DNA of 64,000 nucleotides from Candidatus Sulfotelmatobacter sp. (lineage in GTDB: Bacteria; Acidobacteriota; Terriglobia; Terriglobales; Acidobacteriaceae), in the NCBI GenBank assembly GCA_035710825.1, contig DASTCU010000219.1:2134-66133 (forward strand), in the 5' to 3' direction. Below are positions 1-6,003 of the stretch, piece by piece. How positions within the stretch are numbered: position 1 is the first letter of the stretch; the number at the start of each line of letters is the position of its first letter. The notes beneath the pieces were generated by a model that had not been told where the DNA came from, searched no databases, and saw nothing but the letters and a program-made list of their open reading frames with translations. Made by a program: the position numbers and the translations under genes.

Positions 1-629
1 CGACAGTGCAGGAAGCGCCTATGCTGCCGACGGTAGCCATTGCCGGTCACAAAAAGATGAAGGGCGTGACCAACATTGTTCTCGATCACGAACACGCGGC
101 GGTATTAGCCCTGAATCACCTCAAAGATCTGCATCATGAACGAATCGCTTTCCTGAAAGGCAATCCGATCAGTTCCGATGCGAACGACCGGTGGGAGGCG
201 ATCTGCCGGGTGGCTGAGCAGATTGGATTGAAGATTGACCCCGAGTTGACGGTGCAGATCGATGCCGACGATTCCACGCCGAAACTCGGATATCCATTTG
301 CGCAGCAACTGCTGGCTCGGCATAAACCATTCACAGCCTTGTTCGCCTACAACGACATGTCGGCGATCGGCGCCATTCGAGCGCTCCAGGAGCAAGGATT
401 GCGAGTGCCGCAGGATATTTCGGTCATAGGCTTTGATGACATTCCCGGCGCGGCTTTTCATTTTCCCAGTCTGACGACGGTGCGCCAACCGCTGAACCGG
501 ATGGGCGAAGTAGCGGCCCAATGTCTCCTGGACCGAATCGAAGGCAATAAAGAATATCCTTCCGAAATCGCGATCGAACCCGAACTCGTGGTGCGGGAAT
601 CCACTGCGCAGGCCTCCGGTTCCTGCTAG
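1..629 (+). CDS. LacI-family transcriptional regulator, C-terminal sugar-binding domain (N-terminus lies upstream of the window)
   Basis: The frame is open to the window edge (track ORF 6..629). It carries LacI/PurR-type ligand-binding motifs FAYNDMSAIGAIRALQEQGLRVPQDISVIGFDD and LTTVRQP. Confidence 0.85.
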   Translation, partial: TVQEAPMLPTVAIAGHKKMKGVTNIVLDHEHAAVLALNHLKDLHHERIAFLKGNPISSDANDRWEAICRVAEQIGLKIDPELTVQIDADDSTPKLGYPFAQQLLARHKPFTALFAYNDMSAIGAIRALQEQGLRVPQDISVIGFDDIPGAAFHFPSLTTVRQPLNRMGEVAAQCLLDRIEGNKEYPSEIAIEPELVVRESTAQASGSC

Positions 630-682
630 CATCGCAAGCAGCGCTTTTCCTCTAAGCGAACTGCGACCCGCAGGACTCTTTC

Positions 683-1897
683 ATGCCCGCTACCTCAACC
701 GCAAAGACCTCTGCTTCTGCTGGTCCTCTGACGCTGGCGGCATACGTGTCGTTCGTGCCAATCGGGATCGCCACCGTACTTCTCGGCCCGATGCTGCCTA
801 CGCTTTCGGCGAGATGGTCGCTGAACTATGCGCAGGCGGGCGCACTCTTTACTGCCCAGTACCTGGCATCTACGTTTGCGGTCGCGCTTTCGGGAGTGCT
901 GGCTTCCTGTTGGGGATTTCGATTTCCCATGAAGGCTGGCCTGTGGCTGGTCGCAGCCGGCCTGGCGCTGTTGCTCGCTGGGCCAGAGTGGCTAGGCATC
1001 GCCTGCATTGCAGCATACGGGGCGGGCCTGGGGCTGGCAGTTCCCGCAGCGAATCTAATGGTTGCGGCGGCGAATCCGGAGCGACGAAGCGCGACGCTGA
1101 ACCTGCTCAATTTCTTCTGGAGTGCGGGCGCAGTAGCCTGTCCGTTTCTGGTGGCCGCGGCGGCGAAGAGCCATCAGATTCCTCTCTTTCTGGGATTCGC
1201 TTCGGTGTTTTGCGCCGTGGTGGCGATTGGAATTGCGGTGATGCCCGCCCGTATTGTCGAACTGGTGCCGCATCGCCAAGTTTCCCCGCCGATCGTTCCG
1301 CTGGTTCGGAAAAAGTTGAACGCATTTCTCATTCTCGGCGTGCTATTTCTCGTGTACGTGGGCACCGAAAATGCTTTTGGGCAATGGGTAGCATCGTTTT
1401 CGAAGAGCCTCGGCAGCATGACCCTTGCAGTAGCCGTAATGACTCCGTCGTTCTTCTATGCTGCGCTGATGATCGGAAGATGGCTAGCCCCAGCACTGCT
1501 GCGTACGATGCATGAAGTAAAGCTGGTTCAGGCAGGCTTGCTGCTTGCCTGTGCAGGGACCACAGGGCTGCTGTTTTCACAGGGACTGTCTGCAGTCGTG
1601 GCCAGCGCTTGTGCCACAGGACTGGGCCTCGCCGCTGTGTATCCCATCACGATTTCGTTGTTGTCCCACGAATTTGGAACGGCGTCATCGCGGATTGGCT
1701 CGGTTATGTTCGTGCTATCCAATGTCGGAGGAGGCTTGTTTCCGTGGATTGTGGGGCTGTCATCGAACCGGTTCGGCACGCTGAAAGCCGGACTATTGGT
1801 GCCACTACTCGGGTGCGTGGCGATGTACGTTCTTTATCTACGCGAATGGCGTGGAATGGCAGTTGAAGAATCCTTGGAAAGCAATACCACTATCTAA
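683..1897 (+). CDS. MFS transporter
   Basis: 404-aa ORF made almost entirely of Gly/Ala/Leu-rich hydrophobic helices (about 12), with a short charged central loop. It directly follows the LacI-type gene. Confidence 0.8.
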   Translation: MPATSTAKTSASAGPLTLAAYVSFVPIGIATVLLGPMLPTLSARWSLNYAQAGALFTAQYLASTFAVALSGVLASCWGFRFPMKAGLWLVAAGLALLLAGPEWLGIACIAAYGAGLGLAVPAANLMVAAANPERRSATLNLLNFFWSAGAVACPFLVAAAAKSHQIPLFLGFASVFCAVVAIGIAVMPARIVELVPHRQVSPPIVPLVRKKLNAFLILGVLFLVYVGTENAFGQWVASFSKSLGSMTLAVAVMTPSFFYAALMIGRWLAPALLRTMHEVKLVQAGLLLACAGTTGLLFSQGLSAVVASACATGLGLAAVYPITISLLSHEFGTASSRIGSVMFVLSNVGGGLFPWIVGLSSNRFGTLKAGLLVPLLGCVAMYVLYLREWRGMAVEESLESNTTI

Positions 1898-3048
1898 GTC
1901 CGAAGCAACCGGGCCGTAAGGCGAGAGAGTCGAACCAAGCGATACAGCGGGGACAACAACGCGGGAAGTTGGATTGCCTCCCACTCGCTGGGACCGGGCG
2001 TGAAGATAAGGCGCATGAGAAAGCGCAAGCGGTCGGGTTTGGCCTCTCTGAGACGAAGCATCAGGCGGAAATATTCGAAAGATTCGACGTTGAACAGCGT
2101 CTCGCGGGTAATACTGGGCTCAATCTCCTCGGCAAATGCTTGGGCGGCGGCATCTTGAGGTAGGCTGGCTTCTCCTGCCGCAGGAATCGGAGCGCCGAGC
2201 ATGCGATTTGCCAGGAGCATGCCGACGCGCAAGATACGCACGACTCGCAAGTTTTTGGCTTGTTCTGCAATCAAGCCCCAGTTTAGCTTCGGCAGATTCA
2301 TGAGTCGGGCGAGGTCGCAAAGCCAGATCAGGCGTCCCCAAACGTGTTTGGCGGCGTGCAGCGAAAGAATGATGTACAGATCTTCAGCGCACGGCGTCTG
2401 CATGATACGGCCTGCGACCGGGACCGTCACCGCACGACGGAACAGTCCATCCATGTCATAGTCAGCGGCATAAAATCGCGGCTGGATGGCCCACTGAAGT
2501 TCCAGAAGATTCGGGCCTGCAATTCCATCGAAGGCGCATTCGTATCCTGATTTCAGATAAGCCCGTTCCTGCGCTTCCGGCACCGGGGCATGTGGAGTGT
2601 AGCCAAGTTCCTGAACTGCATCGCGGATACGCGAAAAATCGGAAGCGCGAATCAAGATGTCAATATCCCCGGCGTGGCGCAGTGCGATGTCTCCATAGAC
2701 AGTCTGCGCCAGGGCTAGGCCCTTATAAGCCAGCACCTTCAACCCCAGGCTAGCCAAGAGATCGTAAATTCGGATCAACTCCAGCGAGAGAAGCATTGCC
2801 TTGTGCAGGTTCGTTTGATAATTCTGCTCGAGGGCGCGCATCTCGTCAGCGGGAATGAATTCAGCTATGCTCGACAGGCGTTGATACAGAAGTGGCTGAA
2901 CGCCGTGGTGATCGGCGAAATCGAAGAGAATTCTCCAGTTAACGGGGCTCGCGAACAGATCCACCAAATTCTGCTGGCTGGCGACTTCGGAGCAAGCCGC
3001 GCGCAACAAAGACCACTCTGTCTCGTGTGCGGAACTTGTTCGGTCCAT
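1894..3048 (-). CDS. NTP_transf_5-type (uncharacterised) nucleotidyltransferase family protein
   Basis: 384 aa with the pol-beta-like NTase signature HAGDIDILI. The layout resembles the nucleotidyltransferases found beside PqqD and HPr-kinase-like genes in peptide maturation clusters. It is the last gene of the 5994->1894 operon. Confidence 0.75.
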   Translation of the reverse strand: MDRTSSAHETEWSLLRAACSEVASQQNLVDLFASPVNWRILFDFADHHGVQPLLYQRLSSIAEFIPADEMRALEQNYQTNLHKAMLLSLELIRIYDLLASLGLKVLAYKGLALAQTVYGDIALRHAGDIDILIRASDFSRIRDAVQELGYTPHAPVPEAQERAYLKSGYECAFDGIAGPNLLELQWAIQPRFYAADYDMDGLFRRAVTVPVAGRIMQTPCAEDLYIILSLHAAKHVWGRLIWLCDLARLMNLPKLNWGLIAEQAKNLRVVRILRVGMLLANRMLGAPIPAAGEASLPQDAAAQAFAEEIEPSITRETLFNVESFEYFRLMLRLREAKPDRLRFLMRLIFTPGPSEWEAIQLPALLSPLYRLVRLSRLTARLLRT

Positions 3049-3075
3049 CGGATCGGTTGGAGCGCAGGAGCCAGA

Positions 3076-4200
3076 TTACGCGTTTGCCCCGGCACCCGGA
3101 AAGCTGGCCGGCACTGGAATAGGCCGGATCTGTACGAGATTGGCTGCACCGCGTTTTTTCGCCAGCATGTTAGCCGAGGGAACCCCGGTTTTCGCAAAAG
3201 ACTTTTCGCAATCTGCCGACGATGGGCCGCGCATGTTGCCTTCCGTGTAGGCAAGGCCGGGGCAGCGTTCGCAGGAAGAGATATGGCTACACGAGGTACA
3301 GGTCGTGAGATCTTTCAGCCGGATTGAGCGCACTTCCTTCATGCGATCGGAGTGACGCCAGATATCAATGAAGCGCGATTTGCGAACATTGCCGGTGGGC
3401 AGGGGAAACTGGACGCAAGGGAAAACGTCTCCGTAAGGCGAAACGTAGCAGGTGGTATGACCGGCGCTGCAGGGAATGTGTTCCAATACGTCTTCTTCGG
3501 CGGCTGCAACCGTGCAGGATTCCTCAGCCTCACTGACAAAGTTTTCAGTGCGAAAGACCTGCTGCAGCGAACTGCGGTCAATGCGGAGATCGAGCACCGA
3601 GCGATTTCCGTCCATCATGGGAGTAATGGTTGGATCAAGCGTGCTCTGTACACCCATATCCTCGGCAAGCGCTCGCACTCCCGGATAATCCTGGAGATTC
3701 TGGACCATCAGCACGTTCGCGAGAACAACCCGCAGTCCTTGGGACTTTAGGAAGCGTGCCGCATTCAACGAACGCTGGAGCGAGCCCGGCACCAGAGTGA
3801 TGGCATCGTGGATTTCGGGACGGTGGGAATAAATGCTGATCTGGACGGACTCGACACCGAGATCACGAATCCGAGCAGCTTCCTGCTCCCGAATCAGAAT
3901 CGCGTTGGTTTTTAGTTTTACGCAGAAGGTCAGCTGCCGGCGGGCATATTCAAGAATCTCGAAGAAATCTTTGCGCAGCATGATCTCGCCGCCGCTGAGC
4001 GTAAGGATGAAAACGCCGGCTTCGGCCATCTCTTCGAGCAGGTGCTTGATCTCGGCGGTGGTCATCTCGCCGTAGTCCTGATGGTCGAGATAACAGTGCA
4101 CGCACCGCTCGTTACAGCGGTACGTGAGATCCAATTGGACACTCAGCGGAATGTTTAGACTTTCCGCTTTGTCCGTCATCTCCTCAAGCAGATTGCTCAT
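3076..4200 (-). CDS. radical SAM/SPASM domain peptide-maturase-like protein
   Basis: 374 aa. CNERCVHC (CxxxCxxC) lies near the N-terminus. The C-terminus has Cys-rich auxiliary-cluster motifs CSAGHTTCYVSPYGDVFPC and CTSCSHISSCERCPG. Its ATG overlaps the upstream stop (ATGA). Confidence 0.9.
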   Translation of the reverse strand: MSNLLEEMTDKAESLNIPLSVQLDLTYRCNERCVHCYLDHQDYGEMTTAEIKHLLEEMAEAGVFILTLSGGEIMLRKDFFEILEYARRQLTFCVKLKTNAILIREQEAARIRDLGVESVQISIYSHRPEIHDAITLVPGSLQRSLNAARFLKSQGLRVVLANVLMVQNLQDYPGVRALAEDMGVQSTLDPTITPMMDGNRSVLDLRIDRSSLQQVFRTENFVSEAEESCTVAAAEEDVLEHIPCSAGHTTCYVSPYGDVFPCVQFPLPTGNVRKSRFIDIWRHSDRMKEVRSIRLKDLTTCTSCSHISSCERCPGLAYTEGNMRGPSSADCEKSFAKTGVPSANMLAKKRGAANLVQIRPIPVPASFPGAGANA

Positions 4201-4514
4201 CGCGATGCTCCGGGAACTGCATTCGCCTGCAGGATGGGCTGCTCAGAGATCTGGATAATGGAATGACCGGCTAGATCGCGGAGGAGCGTTTCTGCGTCTT
4301 GCAGCGCCTCGGCCAGCTCGACGTCAAATTCGCCGCAAATCTTCTGCTGCACAATTTCATCGAGGGGGGTGATGCCATCGGCAGCCTGCCACAATATGGT
4401 GGCCGTCTTACTGAGCGTAAACAGAGTGGAATCGCGTCCCGACATGATCATCATTTCGCCACCAACGCTGCGCGCAGCCACTCGCGGACTGCGAGCTACG
4501 TAAAGCTTGCTCAT
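4197..4514 (-). CDS. PqqD-family protein (RiPP recognition element type peptide chaperone)
   Basis: About 105 aa with the PqqD-like pattern LFTLSKTATILWQAADGITPLDEIVQQKICGEFDV...DAETLLRDLAGHSII. The preferred start, ATG 4514, overlaps the upstream stop as ATGA; the track ORF extends to 4529. Confidence 0.8.
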   Translation of the reverse strand: MSKLYVARSPRVAARSVGGEMMIMSGRDSTLFTLSKTATILWQAADGITPLDEIVQQKICGEFDVELAEALQDAETLLRDLAGHSIIQISEQPILQANAVPGASR

Positions 4515-5335
4515 CGGATCAACTCCCAAACCCGGACATCGGGCACAAAAGTCAATCGGGAGATGGGCACCCGGCTGACGAATTCGAATGCAGAATGGAA
4601 GATTGCCTGTACCAACTCGTCATCGTTGGCAAAAAAAAGCACGTTCGAGAGCAGCGATCGGACCGCGTCAGCTGGTGCGACGGGATCGATTCGGTTCTCT
4701 TGTCCTTTAGCCAGAAGATACAGATGGGAAATGGGCGCAGAAACATTCTCCCCCAGCTTCGCCAACTCTCCTGCGAAAGGCGTGCCAAAGGCAACGTAGC
4801 CGCCCGGCTGTCGTCGCACATAAGAAATTTCGTCCGTGAGAAGAGTAACGTCGGGCGGCGCCAGACGGGAGATCGTTGTCTTTCCGGCCTCGGATGCTCC
4901 CGCAAAAACGAAAGCCTTGCCGTCACGAATGAGACTGGCCGAGTGGAGAAGGAAACCTCCCCGCCTGGCCAGCAAGATCGAATGCAAGATGCGGAGCACC
5001 GCATCCACGGAATATGGACTGTCCGTGTGCCGAATCCAGCCGCGTCCGCTAGCTGGCTCCCATTCGCTAAAAAAATCCCCGCGTTCCAAAGTCCAGCGGC
5101 CTTCTTGGCAGGCTACATGCACCTGCGCATCTGTCGGGCCGGACTCCGGCGCCGCAAGCTCAACTGTGAGATCTATTTCGGAGTGCTCGATCGAGCTGAC
5201 GAAGCCCCCATACATGCGATGCAGCAAGTTGAAGAGCACTCGGTCCGATGTCTGAACGCGAACGGGCATCTCCCCAATTTCAATGGTGAGGCTGAGGCGA
5301 TCGACTTCGGCGATTAGCTCTGGCAACGGACCCAC
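4511..5335 (-). CDS. HPr-kinase-C-terminal-domain-like P-loop protein
   Basis: 274 aa. Walker A GASEAGKTT is preceded by GGFLLHSASL and followed by LLTDE, as in the HPr kinase catalytic domain. The N-terminal ~120 aa are unassigned. Confidence 0.65.
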   Translation of the reverse strand: MGPLPELIAEVDRLSLTIEIGEMPVRVQTSDRVLFNLLHRMYGGFVSSIEHSEIDLTVELAAPESGPTDAQVHVACQEGRWTLERGDFFSEWEPASGRGWIRHTDSPYSVDAVLRILHSILLARRGGFLLHSASLIRDGKAFVFAGASEAGKTTISRLAPPDVTLLTDEISYVRRQPGGYVAFGTPFAGELAKLGENVSAPISHLYLLAKGQENRIDPVAPADAVRSLLSNVLFFANDDELVQAIFHSAFEFVSRVPISRLTFVPDVRVWELIR

Positions 5336-5359
5336 CCCTCATTTCTTTGATGCCGGAAC

Positions 5360-5830
5360 TTACGAGATCGCGGTCCAGCTACGCACGGTCAAAAGGATGC
5401 GAGCCGAGAGCTGTGAATGGCGCACTAAAGCAGCAATGGCGCGTTCGAAGAACGTCCGGCTACTCCGGAGTACCGTGCACTTTTCATTCTTCACGATCGA
5501 GGAAACTCTGCCCAGCAATTCCTGAGAATGAACCACGGGATCGGGCTGAGGGCTGGCGTCACCGCGCGTCAGGAATCTTGAGTCGTCAAGTTTTTTCACG
5601 ATGCGGTGAGCACAAAGCCACCGGTTACGGGCAAACAAAATAACGTCGCCTTCTCTTACTCCACTGGTAGTGGCCCTGTCGACAAGAAGGGTATCGCCGG
5701 GCCAAATAGCTGGCAGCATGCTACAGCCCGAGACCTGCAAGCTCAGGGTACCGCATGAGCGCAAAATCTCCTCAGCAAGATCACACTGCACGCCTTGGAC
5801 AGCGTTCTTTTGATCGAATGAATCCATCAT
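5360..5830 (-). CDS. S24/S26-superfamily serine peptidase (LexA/signal-peptidase-like), soluble
   Basis: It has the Ser motif GCSMLPAIWPGDTLLVD and the downstream motif GDVILFARNRWLCAHRIVKK. There is no N-terminal TM helix. I set the start to ATG 5830, which overlaps the stop of the small upstream ORF (ATGA); the track ORF runs to 5884. Confidence 0.7.
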   Translation of the reverse strand: MMDSFDQKNAVQGVQCDLAEEILRSCGTLSLQVSGCSMLPAIWPGDTLLVDRATTSGVREGDVILFARNRWLCAHRIVKKLDDSRFLTRGDASPQPDPVVHSQELLGRVSSIVKNEKCTVLRSSRTFFERAIAALVRHSQLSARILLTVRSWTAIS

Positions 5831-5994
5831 GAGGCACTGGGGCGGTGACTGCATCCACGGGATTCGGAGCCGATCTTTACGCAATGAAGAGCAGCCGTCA
5901 CGAAAACCTGCTCAAAACGGAAGGTCGGCTTTTCATAGGGTTTCTTAGGCTCTGGATTGGGTGGAGCATCGGAAATTGTATTGTCTGTAGGCAT
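5827..5994 (-). CDS. candidate RiPP precursor peptide (55 aa, below the ORF-track size cutoff)
   Basis: Hand translation of the minus strand gives MPTDNTISDAPPNPEPKKPYEKPTFRFEQVFVTAALHCVKIGSESRGCSHRPSAS. It fills the otherwise empty 5885-6003 gap and its stop overlaps the peptidase ATG. YEKPTF resembles the YxxPxL leader motif bound by PqqD-type RREs. There is no clear Shine-Dalgarno. Confidence 0.5.
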   Translation of the reverse strand: MPTDNTISDAPPNPEPKKPYEKPTFRFEQVFVTAALHCVKIGSESRGCSHRPSAS

Positions 5995-6003
5995 AGGAGA
6001 ACC

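Noticed and set aside
3076-4529. The PqqD + radical SAM/SPASM pair could be pqqD/pqqE of PQQ cofactor biosynthesis, since a PQQ-dependent dehydrogenase lies at 11374..12924.
   Set aside because: There are no pqqB, pqqC or pqqF-like genes in the window. The partners are a kinase-like protein, an NTase and a peptidase. The small ORF lacks a PqqA-like Glu-x3-Tyr core (it has E-x4-Y in a Pro-rich stretch).
1894-5994. Classical lasso peptide cluster.
   Set aside because: No asparagine-synthetase-like cyclase and no transglutaminase-like B2 protease is visible anywhere in the window. The candidate core also has no Asp/Glu at positions 7-9 after a plausible Thr-x cleavage site.
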